NCBI RefSeq assembly: GCF_963853765.1
Contig: NC_088853.1
Span: 47,058,001 to 47,122,000, forward strand
Direction: 5' to 3'
Source: Magallana gigas
Taxonomy: Eukaryota
Length of the DNA stretch: 64,000 nt
Shown: piece after piece, positions 49,401-61,658 of the stretch
Numbering within the stretch: position 1 is the first letter of the stretch
How the letters are laid out: every line of letters begins with the position of its first letter
The notes under the pieces: generated by a model
Database searches by the model: none
Told to the model about the DNA's origin: nothing
Seen by the model: the letters and a program-made list of their open reading frames with translations, nothing else
Translations under genes and position numbers: made by a program

Positions 49401-50719
49401 TCTTATTTATCATAAGAGTTTAATTTACATGCAGACTTATCATACTAGCAGGATTTTGCAGCAAAATAAAATTCTCAAAAATACAGCTCATGTTGCTTTA
49501 ATTCATTAGATGGAAACACTAAGCTTGTGCATAGAAATTTACTCATTTAGGTTGAGCTTTGTGGTTAATGTCAAAATTAAAGCTGTCACAATTAAACTTG
49601 TGAATTTTGAAGCAGTTAAGAAACTTCATCAAAAAATTAATCAAAATAATAAGTACCGGTATATATATATTTCAATCTTTCAAAAATGCCAAATTTATAT
49701 CCATTAGAACCATTTTAACAAGAGCTTGAACTTTGGGTAGTTGTGTTAAACAGCAATGTGACGTAGGCCTGTCTATCTCATTGTTGGCCACTCAGCCATT
49801 GCTCTCTGAAATCAACAAGATTTTTCTTGCTTTTGAGCTAAGACAAGGCAATCGGTGCATATTTCACTTGAAAACGCGTCATTTTTAACTTGTTTTTACG
49901 CAAGTACTAGATAGCTACGTCCTACTGAAAGTCCAAGGTCTTGTTAAAATGTTTCTAAAACAATCTGTAATTAGGTACAAAGTGAAACAGCTGAAGTTAG
50001 TGGAAGTAAAATCTTAAGCAATTTCTTCAGTGGATATTGACATCAAACTTATGAACAGGAATTACAATGTTGGGTCTTGTTGTCTGTAGGTTCTCTCTTT
50101 CTTCTCTGCCCGGGTTGAGGAGCACGGCAAGGGAAGTAACATGTCCCCCTCGGAAGTCCTGGAGGTCATTAAAGAGGGCTCTGTACAGTTCAGGAGGGAC
50201 AAGCTTAAGGTAGGACAACAAACAGATAAGGCTCAAGAATAAACACGGTGTACATGTTATACAGCAAGGTTAAGATATCCAATGTCAATAAAGCGATAAG
50301 GAATGAACAAAGTTCTTTAGTTGGTTTACATGCTGTAAAGTTCAGTAGAAGTATAGCAAGTTTTTTGAGACGTGCGTACATTCAAGTGCATAACTGTGTT
50401 GTTGTTCAATCAATGCAAACCATTATGTTTTATCATGTTATAGTAGGAGTTCATATTAATGTACAATTAACTGCATTCACATGCAGAAACTCTGTCTTAA
50501 GAAAAATCTGTACAAAATCATTCAGTTTTATCAGTGGACAATATTAAACTGACATGTTTTGATGACTTTCAGAAATTCCCGGACTTGAAGTTTAAGTACG
50601 TGGAGGAGGAGTCGCCGGAGGAGTTCTTCATCCCGTACGTCTGGTCACTGGTCTACCACGCCTCCAACATGTACTTCAACGCCTCGCGCATCCTCCTGTT
50701 CTCCCTCTCAGCCTCCTGA
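41271..50719 (+). CDS. DYM: Dymeclin (~666 aa; 669 with alternative donor 42354)
   Basis: Exons 41271-41410, 41787-41933, 42218-42345, 42657-42741, 43244-43369, 43687-43808, 45578-45766, 46143-46318, 46665-46790, 47055-47168, 47458-47552, 48256-48358, 48929-49111, 50090-50209, 50573-50719. Motifs: MGANSS...NEYLKRLS...[12 protein letters not shown]; [17 protein letters not shown]; [17 protein letters not shown]; [11 protein letters not shown]; [27 protein letters not shown]. Confidence 0.97.
42429..42567 (+). mobile_element. 139-bp tRNA-containing solo LTR (Helenus-type TRIM) rather than a classical SINE
   Basis: TGTCAC...GTGACA termini, 4-bp TSD GCCA, internal A box TAGCTCCATGG and B box GGTTCGAGTCC. 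Confidence 0.75.
43841..44532 (+). repeat. 25-bp minisatellite (~27 units of 23-31 bp) in the DYM intron after coding exon 6
   Basis: Consensus CAACTAGGTAGTCACTGTGGAATAT; about two degenerate units continue at 45356-45405. Confidence 0.97.
44533..45355. mobile_element. Non-autonomous MULE-like DNA transposon
   Basis: ~78-bp near-perfect TIRs (CATCTTCGCTAGCCAAGGGTTTTCGG...AACTCGGTGA); 9-bp TSD ATCAACTAG (44524-44532 and 45356-45364). Confidence 0.85.
46367..46424. repeat. (CT)n microsatellite
   Basis: Visible run. Confidence 0.98.
46764..46870 (+). repeat. 31-bp tandem repeat (~3.4 units) spanning the end of DYM coding exon 9 and its donor
   Basis: Unit GTGTTCAACAAAGCAGTTCATGAAATT|GTAA. Confidence 0.92.
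48647..48869. mobile_element. Tc1/mariner-type MITE
   Basis: TA|CTGTAAATTCCTTATT ... AATTAGGAATCTACAG|TA. Confidence 0.75.
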
Positions 50720-52377
50720 GTAAGGCCAGGGCGAGGCGTGATCTGAACTCATCTGAACCTGAACACTCTGTCTGAACATGGAAGGTGTTCATGTTGTGAA
50801 CATGTGCTTGTAATGAAAATGGTCATGAACTTAAGTGAACTAAATGACTTTAGTACATGTTTTATTACATGTATATGTTTCTTTTAATGAATGGAACAGA
50901 TCTGCAGTACATGTATACATGTTATTAACATTCATTTTAATGATTTAAACTGAACAAGTGCATAAACAACAAGTGCATAAACTAAGATGTGTTTTCATGG
51001 TGCATCTTAAAGAGGAAATGAAGCAGAATGTGATTTAACAGATCAATTTATTTTACACAGATCACCTACTCAGTTCAGTGATTCATTTTGAACTAACCAT
51101 GAGAAAGCAAGAACTGAACTGAACTGGTTATTTCCTGAACCAATGAAACTGAATTGTGTTCTTGTTACATGTAAGTCTTATGTTTATGAAACTTTGTGTA
51201 AGGCATCTACTATAAACTATGCACTAAATAATGTTAACACTGGAAGTTCATTTGCACTGAATGTTGCTTTGAAATCTGTGCTTTGTTGAAACCTAAACCT
51301 GTTCACTAAATGAGTTGCACCAAACTTGAAAATTAATACTGTTTATAAATATTTGGTGTAGTATGGTTGAAAAATATATTTTACCAAAGGGATGATATGT
51401 GATAAATCTTGTAAAAAGAAGCCTAAGTTTTGAACATTTATTGAGCAACCAGAGTTTATGCTTGTTTCTGGTGCATACACAATGTTTTTTCCATGCTATG
51501 TTTTTCATACATACATGTCTATGTGTTGTAATATGCAATCCTGATATAAATATTAAAAATGTAAAGTTTCCTAAGAATATTATTAGTTTTATCTTCCAAA
51601 TTTTATTTTCATAGTATGAGATAATGTTAGTTTAATGAAAGCAATCCGATCTCCAGAAGACAATGGTTTGGATGTACAGTAGTCAGTCTGAAATACACTG
51701 TATATTCACTGAACATCTACATTGTACCATGTAATGTAAATAAACATTAAGGTCATCCTTGTCTGTAATAAGAGTTGGGGCTGTGATCAGATATTTTGTC
51801 CCTTCTACTTCTGTTTATGAGTCGTCAGTTTTCATACAGTATGTTGTACATGTGTTATTATATTTATTATGCATTTATTACAATAGTATCATACAGAACT
51901 TATGTATGTTGTCTATGGATTATTATTTCATCCTGATATGTCTATGAAAGGACTGATAAAGCACTGACATCTTGCATTTATTTACTGTAATTTTTTTTTT
52001 ATTTCTGTAATTAATTTGAGACGCAATGCAATGTTAATGGAGAGTTGGATATGTGTTGTTTATAAAAGAAATGTTTGGGCATAGTATGCGTTTACAATTG
52101 ATTTGATTTGGGGGGGGGGGGGGGGGGGGGTAATATAGTTAGATGTGCAGACCGTTTTGTGATATTTATTTAATGACATGTTGCTTGATTTGATTCTATT
52201 AAGAAAATTATATGAATGTTTTTGAAATGTTGTTAAAAAATCATGTCATATCATGGTATATGTGATATAGAGGCAAATAAATGAAATGAACAGCTGGATT
52301 CTGTGTTGAAGGGAGATGGGTGGCGGGGATGGGGGACAATGAGGAAAAAATAAGGTAGAACATGTATGCCCATCGGA

Positions 52378-52812
52378 TAAGGGAGATAATTCTATGGGGT
52401 GAAAGAATTATGTGAAATATTGCCCCAAGTAAATTGACAATGTAAGTATTTCTTTTTTAAATTGCTATAAAAATACGAAATTACAAAGAAGTTTTGAATG
52501 TTTAACGTATATCCAGGTTGATGTGCGATATTTTTTTTTTCCACAACAGCTTTGAAAACGATAAAGGAGCATAAAGCAATAAAGGCATACTTTAGATGAA
52601 AATGGCCTAGGATCACCGCTTCCCGTCCGTTCTTAATTCTCAGTAATTCCCAGTCTTTTTTGGGCTGAGAATTGCTTATTTTAACATTTACTTTACATTT
52701 ATGACGAGAGATCAAATATGGGTTTTCTATGAGTAGACATTTGACTCGATTTTTTTTTAGAGATGTACCCTGGAGGTGATGGGTCACCTAAGTGACCTAT
52801 TGCAATTGGTAT
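52378..52812 (-). mobile_element. HINE/Helentron-like fragment
   Basis: AAGGGAGATAATT motif and terminal GGGTCACCTAAGTGACCTATTGC hairpin-like end, of the same style as the 11123-13414 element. Confidence 0.45.
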
Positions 52813-55800
52813 TACAATGTGTAGCGACAATAGAAAAATAAGGAGCGGACAGAGAATCTGATTTTATTTAGATTTAATAATTATGACATCTTAGTAAATC
52901 TGTACATGAGAAGGTACTAGTTTTTCCAGACATTAAATTTGCATTATTCAAATCAACATAAAACAATTCTCAAATTTGCCACAAGCTTTTTTTTATTTGC
53001 TTTTAAAATTAGGATCTGGAATTAAAGTGGAATGACATATCACCACAGAAAGGTTGACCTTTGAACGAAACAATATAACGTATTTTTAAAGTTTCGGGCT
53101 TTTGATCGGTACACCCCGAGTCAAAACCCCGCAGGGGTTTTTGTTGTTGCTTACTTATTTGAATTTTTAAGATATTCATTTTTTATTCCACAAACCGCAA
53201 ATGTTTTGCTTAGGTCTTAGTTTATTTATCAATATTTCTTTTATAATCAAATAACTCACTGTTAATTTGAGTGACTTTATCGAGGTGTGTTATTCCACCT
53301 TTGTTAGACTCTAAATCAATTAAACAAGTAAAAATACAGCAGTTCATTGTACTCAGTACGTTTATAGCTTTGTTAACTAAAGAAAGAATGCATACATTAA
53401 TCAGGTTATTGAGAAGTATTTGTGTTGCATTTTATTGTATAATATTTTACATCCACCAAGTATGATTCCATCTATTTCTTACGGAAATTGATTGTACACT
53501 CATAATGATACTCTTACTTTTCACGATCAATTTATTAATTTGTTAAAAGAATGATGAAAATATTAACAAAATTAACAAAATTCTTTCTTAAATAATTCAT
53601 GCAGATTATGAAGGTAGCGATTATCGCAGAAAAAAAATTCATAACCACTAACGCGTGCTATAGGTATATTCTCTGCAATGTCGCCACCTTCATATCCCCG
53701 ATCAATCTCCAACGAAAGCATATTATTGTTTAAATATAAATTTGTCGCTCAATTAATACGGTGATTAAAGGTGTATTAAACGTTTAATTTTCTTTTGAAA
53801 CGCTATAGTATTTGTGTGTTATTTGTCAAAAACACCGAAAATTAATACTTAAAGAACTATTTCATTAAACGTTTAGTCATAATTACTTTTGAATGTATCA
53901 TCATACAACTTTTTAATTGATCATTGTGGCAATTGCAAGGACAACGGACTTCGAACGTATCATTTTTTTAACAGCTAGTGAAATGAATTATATAGAAACT
54001 TTTGCGAATATCAATTTAAAGCTTAGATAACAGGCTAATATTCTGATAATGCTTTTTTCGATTGCACCCGCCGTTTTAGTTTGTGTAGTGTCCAAACTTC
54101 GAAAATTGCATTTTGCCCCTAAAATTGCATTAGAAAATGGCTCAAAACTCTTCATGTAACAATGCTTTTTAAAAAACAAGCTTAAGACTGGTCATAAAAG
54201 AGCAACTATATAGCTCTATTTTAAACCAAATATTATGAGATAAATATTTGTTTAAGATTGATAATAAAGAACATTTCTTTCCTCAGTGAACGTCTGCTGT
54301 CCAGTTAAACAAACAATTTTGAATTTATCACACGGCACTTGAATGAAATGATTCAAAGCGGTTGTATGGTGTGTACCAGTGCAGTGGTTGTCACATCATT
54401 TTTGTTCAAAACGCGTTTCGACAAGTCTGTTCGTCCAAGGTAACGTGTTCGGGGGAATGAAATACCCGAATGCAGTAAAGCATAAATAGTGCTCTCGGCC
54501 TTATATAGAGGGTGTTTAGAGATGAACAGAACAACAGAAATCGACAACTAATATGGCGGTAGTCGGAGATAAAAGGGAAATAATGCGTATTTATGAATTC
54601 ATGTCAGCTTTAATTTTAGTCATGAGTTTTTCCGCCTAATTAACAAGCCCGCGCTTCCTCCGTCTTACCTTGAGAGGAGATAAACCTAAATTAGATTTAC
54701 ATTGAATATTTAAACTTTGAAACATGACACACCCCTTCCTTGAATTAAGGTAGTCCTATACTCGGCACTAAATGGGCTCAATCATTAAAAGCTTAGCTTT
54801 AAATGATAAATATACATTCTAGCAATACATATACAAAAGAAAATATGTATGTTTACATGCTAGTTTGTTTGTTATCACCTCTCAGACAGGTGTACCCCCT
54901 TGCGAAAATTATTGACAAATGTGAAATTTGCCAGACGTCCGTTTTTCCTAAAAATAATTACCAATTTTGGGAAAATTAGAACTGAACATACAAAATAGAG
55001 TATAAATATTTATTTAAGCCATATCTCATGAATAATTTTGCGCAAATTTTTGTAAGTAAGTACGCTTTATGGACCTGATGTATCAAAATAAATACAAAAA
55101 ATGCAATGCTAGTACCACGTTTGGTAATTTTTTTACTATTTTATGGACTCAAACTTAAATTCATGGTGTTTATTCTATAGATTGACGTCTTAGAATAAAG
55201 ATTTATTTGGTAAAATAAATTATATGTTGACGGATTACTTTTTACGCTATAAGCTCTAAACCAAGTAGACCCTGACGAAAAAATCCGTAAAAATCACATT
55301 TTGCTACAGTTTCTGCCTAGATCTGTCAACAATGTTAGATATCATTTAAAACATTAATTAATTGACGATTGATTAAATTCGAAATAGCTTCTGTCTCTAA
55401 ATTTAAACCGGTTTTAGTAAAAGAAAAAGAAAAATTCGGGGGGGGGGGGGTCAAAACAAAGAAGATATAAGCATACCTGAGATCCTGGTTAATCAGAAAC
55501 TTTGTTTTCCATTTTACTTTTATTAACAGAATCGAGTTTCTCAACATTAATCATTTCTATCTCTCATAGAATACATATAATATGTTTTACGGTGCGACCG
55601 TTGGGGCGAGCGCAGCATGTGATCAAATAATGAATTATGATAAATCAATAAAAATAAAAGTATCAACGTAACGTAAATGAATTTGAATGCAAAATAAAAT
55701 ATAAAATATGCCTATTTTTTCTAGTAAATTTTCATTATTCATAATTTATAAGATTGTTTATTTTTTTAAATAGAATTTATCTCAGATACAATGTTGTTGA

Positions 55801-56944
55801 ATAATAAAGATTTTAACATAATGTTTATTGCAGTTTATTTCCTCTTTTCTTGCAGCAGACATTTTTCTTAAACTTACATATAAAAAATTGACTTATCATA
55901 GAGTACCCCCCCCCCCCCCCCCCCCGTTTAAAAAAAATATAATTTACGTATAAAAAAAATTGCTGATCATATAAAAAATGGTTTTGGACCCCCCCCCCCC
56001 CCCCGGAGGATGTAATAAATGTGAAAATAAAGATACCATTGAGCAGTTAAAGAGCTAAATGCATACTACGCACTCACCATTAACCGGATTAGAATTTCCC
56101 TGATTTTGTGAATTTCTTTTTCATTTTTGCTTGTAAATATTTTTTAATGATGCTGTTGCGCCCCCTTTTAAAAAACGTTCCTGGAAATTACTGTAAATAT
56201 ATAGTGAATAAAATAAATGTGAGCAAGTTACAACTGTTTCCTATTAAAATAAAAAGATGTCCCCATTCGTTAGCTTTGCAAGATTTTGAGAAGATTTTGG
56301 TTTTTATATTTGAGCAGATTTACAATAACTACTTAGAGTAATCTCCCCTTATTGTGACGTCAAAGTTCACGTCGGTCAAGTGTCGTCTGTCTCTTTGAAA
56401 AAAACCCTGAAAAAAAACTAAGTGAAATATACTGTTTTGTTTACTTAAAAAGCATGATATTCTTAAAATTACACAATTTATCTGTTTCTCAAAAGTTTTA
56501 CTTTGATTCTCGCGAGAAGGAATCAAGTCTAGTGAGATCGTCCGACATTGATAAATTGCATTGTGGGTCGAAATTTACTGACTCCGAAAAATTCTGTGGG
56601 ATCAATGTGCAAGAAATCAATTGTGACGTCACTGTAAGGAACGACAACTCTGTTAGTCTTATGTAATGGAATTATTTTATTTACAATGCATGATGTACAT
56701 AGTCTTTTATCTTGTTCTCGTGAGAGTGTGAAATGGGAAATCATATTTACAGGGAATTACTGGGACGATTAAAACAAGGCATTACTGGTCCGATTTACTG
56801 ACGCCAAAAAAATCCGTTGAATGAATGTGCAACTGGTCCTAATTTTCTATTCACACACGCCTTGCCGGTAGAGCTCGCTTCGCGCCGGCGCTGCGCGCCG
56901 GCGAGCTGCGCTCGCTATTACCGTTCTAATTGCTTATTATTGCC

Positions 56945-57271
56945 ATAGTCCAATCCACACTTTGCAAAAGTTGTTCCCCTTTGCGGGGTCAACCCAAAGG
57001 TCAAAAGGGAAAAAACCAACTTTTCCCTTCTTTATGCAACCAAATATTTGGGCGTCCTGTGAAGAAATCTGTTCGAATTTAATTTATTCCTTCGATGTGT
57101 GGGTTGCCCCAACATGGGGTAATTAAAATTCACAGCGGAAACGGATTTCTAATGTCAAATGACGAAGTTACAACCCTCTAAACTACAAAGGCTACTGTGA
57201 GAAATATATGGGTTTTTCCCCAAAGATGGCGGCCAAGGGACATAACTTTTGTAAAGTGTGGATTGGTCTAT
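56945..57271. mobile_element. MITE with ~35-bp TIRs
   Basis: ATAGTCCAATCCACACTTTGCAAAAGTTGTTCCC versus the reverse complement of the right end, ATAGACCAATCCACACTTTACAAAAGTTATGTCCC. Confidence 0.8.
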
Positions 57272-58243
57272 TGTTTACAACAGCGATGTAGAGCAAAATC
57301 AATACCGGGTATCAAAAACGCTTTGTAAAAGTCGAACCAATATTGTAAAATCCGTATTATGACGTAGTGCGATACTCGGACTACTTTAACAAAAAAATAA
57401 ACATCGTGTTTATTTTATTAAAGCTATACACGCTATAGTTTACGTCAATTTTGAACGACAGTGAAAAAGCATGTGTTTGTCTACTTATAAAAGTTATCCT
57501 TAATCTGTAAATTACAATGGTGAATTCCATCTCAATACAAAGATATAGATTTTTAATTGTTTATTTTCCTGTCAGGAAAATATACCTTTTCATGAATATT
57601 GATGAAGGAAGAGCGAAACCGACCTCATTGCGCATGTCCGCGGAGAACTAGGTGGTCGTTATTGTTTGCCTAATTAAATATCCAACTTGATTTTTAATAT
57701 GCTGAACAGTTGTTAATTTGAAATACATACATGTATAATGAGTAAAATACGTTTGTCATTCACGATACCCTTACTTCTGCATTAACACTTATAGGATCTA
57801 TAAATAGCACACAGGGAAAAAACACAGGTCTACGTCATTTTTTTAAAGGAAGTATTCATATCTACTCACAGGCTTGTATTTTTTTCTTTTGTTTGTACTC
57901 GTATATCGGACAAATTTATGCTTTACTGAAAATAGCCTTTCCTTTGTGAAACTATCACAATTATGAAGATGTTGACCCTTCACCAGTTTTGGTATGATAG
58001 ACTAAATTTAGCTGTCGATATCACGTGATCGATAGATTGATATTCACGAGGAGGCATTACTTTCCTGGCAGGAAAATAAATATTTTTTATTGTTTAATAT
58101 TTGATATATTTGTTACGTGTTCGAATTTAGCATTATAATTAACAGCATAAAGGTAACTTTTATTAGTAATCAAACACATACATTTTCCCCTTTATTCAAA
58201 ATTGACGCAAATTATAGTGTGTATAGCTTTAACAAAAATTATT

Positions 58244-59443
58244 TTATTTAATACTTTGATTCTCAAGATTAGCTAACACTAGATTTTCTAATGCCGTAGT
58301 TTGTTCGTTAACGTTTCTTTTCCCGAAAAATCCTAATAAAAGAGGGAGAAATTCTAAAAGGCCCACGCCTGCCTCTACAGCTGCTACTCCCGCAACGCCT
58401 GCTTCTATTGCAGTTGCCCCCGCAACACCAGCGCCAATGCCTGCTTCTATTGCAGTTGCCCCCGCAACACCAGCGCCAATGCCTGCTTCTATTGCAGTTG
58501 CCCCCGCAACACCAGCGCCAACACCAGTAGCAATACCAGCAACTATAGGAGCCAGATTTACGTCAACTAAAGGATCGTGCACAAGAGTTGTGGTTAAAGT
58601 GGGCGTTGTGCCTTAAATAAAGAAAAAAAGGTATGAATATAGAAAAAACATAGGTAAAAAAAAATTACCGAGACGAGGCATCACCATCATGAGACCATTA
58701 TAATACAATATGATATATTTGCATAATATGGTATTGTATCATGATGTGACATTGTATCAAGATATTATACTGTACTGTATGATATTTTATCACATGTTTA
58801 TCTCAGCATACAATGGATATCACTCATTGGATAAATTTTCGATATTACACTATGCGTTCTTGTGCCACTTGGACAATTTTTACTAAACTTGGTACAAAGC
58901 AGCCTTATGGAAAGTGATTCAATGTATTAAGGGAGATAATTGCGAAACAGTAAAAATAAATTGTGGCCCCATCCTACATGAGCTTGATATCACTTACAAT
59001 AACTGTTGTTACATTTCTTCCTCCGTACTAAACTTTTATCACAATTATCTGCTAGAGGAGTGTCATGAGGGACTAAGGTGTACTTTCTCACTTGAAGTTT
59101 CCCATCGTTATTGCAAGTTTTTGGGCAAGGTGTCAAATCAAACCAAGGACTATAAACGCATTTCCAATCTAAAATTTGAAACATAAGTTATTAAATTATT
59201 ATTATAATTATAAAAAATATAGATTTTTAATTATTTTCTCTTATAAATTTAAAATTGGAAACATTAAGATGCACACTCTAAATTAAATATTTTTTTTATA
59301 TAAAAATTATTTTGAACTTTTACCTCTTCCACAAAATCCACAATATTCTTCACAATTTTTTTTGGCCCATGATGTGTATGGTGCTTGGCACATTTGTTGT
59401 CCATATTCACGACAATCTGTCCTTTTATTTTGACATTCTCTAC
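58244..59443 (-). CDS. ShK-domain + TSP1-domain protein with a Gly/Ala-rich repeat region and a hydrophobic C-terminal segment followed by GKR
   Basis: Minus exons: 59443-59324 (ECQNKRTDCREYGQQMCQAPYTSWAKKNCEEYCGFCG, ShK), 59168-58998 (DWKCVYSPWFDLTPCPKTC...VRKY...NC...RRKKCNNSYC, TSP1-like) and 58611-58244. All introns are phase 1 GT-AG. Confidence 0.85.
58398..58523 (-). repeat. In-frame 42-bp coding tandem repeat x3 (GAGVAGATAIEAGI-type 14-aa unit)
   Basis: Units at 58398, 58440 and 58482 are near-identical. Confidence 0.95.
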
Positions 59444-60063
59444 CTGGTTAAGACAGATAATCATAACAAGTAATTTTCGACTTATCTCACGTTCTATCAC
59501 TAATCGGCTGTAGGTTTGTGGTAGGAAGTACATGGAGGTATGCAGTGTTTATAAACAATATCAACATATATATATAACGTGTTTATAAACAATTACATCA
59601 AAACATAAAAAAAAAATCAAATCATGTTTAACTCTGGATTGATTTAACAAATATGTTTTACTTCCAAAGTGGGAAGGATAGAAGTCAATTCTGCATTAAG
59701 TCGCGTGTTTCCTTAATGATTTTCAAATTTTTATTCTGTTTGAATTGTTTTGAAAGCATTACTGCCAATTTAATGCATTGCATCAATTTTTTTTATTTAT
59801 ATGAATTATGCTATTGTACGAGAGATAAATGCATATAATAAAATATTATTGATCAATTTATTCTTTGTCATATATTTGTAGATACCTTGAAATTATCACT
59901 ATATGGTATCAACTTTTTTTGTGGCTTAATATGGAAAAGTCCTCTAACTTTATTATATTTAGTGTCTATATTTTATTTATGTTTAGTGAAAAATGTATTA
60001 AAAACACTAATTTCTAACCAAGGAATCAATGATTCATTAATATACTGAGTACATACTAGTATA

Positions 60064-60067
<4 letters not shown>

Positions 60068-60132
<65 letters not shown>
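60068..60132. repeat. (TA)n microsatellite
   Basis: Visible run; another lies at 61584-61655. Confidence 0.98.
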
Positions 60133-60134
<2 letters not shown>

Positions 60135-61299
60135 TGTGCACATCAAGTATATGAGAACAACCTTAAGGCAGACATCAAATTCAGGCAGACAAAAAAGTGT
60201 CTGCCTGATTTTTAAAACAATAATTAACGTTGCGATTAGTATTGATAAATTTGCTTACCATTCTTTTGCAATAACTAAACACAATTAATTCATGGAAATA
60301 CTTTTTGTGTTTATTGTTAATTAAAGGTCATAATGAAACATATTATTTAACATGTTGAATGTATGTTTTTTACAAATACGAAGCATACCCTTTAGGTGGA
60401 CAATGCTTAACTTGATAAAAACCATACTTTTTAAGAGAATGTTTCATGTTTTAAAACTTTTTTCATCATTTACGATTATGTTTTATCAAATCCCATGCTT
60501 TTTCCGAAAAAAAAAATTATGATAAAAAATTGAAAATTTGCCGCCGTGCCAAGTCTTCATTTGAAAAATATTTTTTGATGGTTTGCGATGGGTTGCAAAG
60601 GCTTCCGAAAAAACATGGCTGCTTTGAGTGCGTAAGTAGGATCAAGCTTATATAGACTAGCTTATTAAGTTTTCATCCTGTTTTCTTGATATTTTACTTT
60701 TATTCATTAAAATTCTTATGTTGTTACACTAAGTTCATGAAATATGACGACAAAAACATGTTGAATTTGCAGTTGTCTCAAAAAATAACAGTAACTGTAA
60801 TGTTTCATAAACTTTTCCTTTTTAAAAACTAAAAGGTTTTTAATCATTTCATAATATATATCAAAGGAATTTATACCTGTATATTCAATTTAAGAAAGAA
60901 TCGAAAAATATTTTTTCCTTCAAAATGACTAGTATACTTCCTTACAAATTTTTAGTTTTCTTCTTAGTCTTTTTAGGTAAATGATGCACCCACCGTTGGT
61001 TGGTTGGGTAGCTGAGGGGCTTTTACAGGCGTTGGATCATAAAAACTTAACAGGAGTTTATTAACCAGAATTATTTCGTCAATGAAAGGGAAATTGGTTT
61101 TTTTTTAATAAAAAAAAATCGTACATGAAAATGAAGAGGCGGATCAAGCGGAGGGGTCAGAGTAGGTGGTGGACTTTCCTATCTGAGATGCCTAATAAGC
61201 CAATATATATATAATAATTGTAGAGGGTATATAGGCCCCTATTTTTTATCATGAGAAATATATATAACGCAGGTGACTGGGTTTCAAATCTACACGTAC

Positions 61300-61399
61300 A
61301 TGTAGTTATTGAACTTAAAAAACTCATGATCAAAATCATAAAGATCAATTGAAGTGCAATTCTCGTCCAAGGGTCTAAATAACTCCCAGTAAATCTCAT
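61300..61399 (-). CDS. Candidate first (signal-peptide) exon of the ShK-TSP1 gene
   Basis: AAAAATG-MRFTGSYLDPWTRIALQLIFMILIMSFLSSITT followed by a phase-1 donor T|GTACGT, compatible with the acceptor at 59443. Confidence 0.35.
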
Positions 61400-61581
61400 T
61401 TTTACTAAACGTGTCCTATTAAAATAATTCGCCAGGAGTAAAGTTTAAAGTTTATTCAGTGACAATCACAGTTGAATATCCACAGTAAAATAATACAGTT
61501 ATTATAAATTCAAAATGAAGTAAACATAAACGATCCTCTTTTACACACAAAAACTGACTGATACACTCAATAAAATCGTTC

Positions 61582-61658
<77 letters not shown>

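Noticed and set aside
52110-52130. G21 run (and C20 at 55906-55925) as functional G-quadruplex elements
   Set aside because: Homopolymer runs occur repeatedly in the window with no positional pattern, and their lengths are error-prone.
54340-54440. Possible CxxC exon (YQCSGCHIIF) with a donor at ~54439
   Set aside because: An in-frame stop lies just upstream, with no acceptor and no partner exons.
58380-58560. Retroviral envelope fusion peptide (AGIATGVGAG)
   Set aside because: No upstream furin site, heptad repeat or CX6CC motif; the segment is spliced to host ShK/TSP1 exons.
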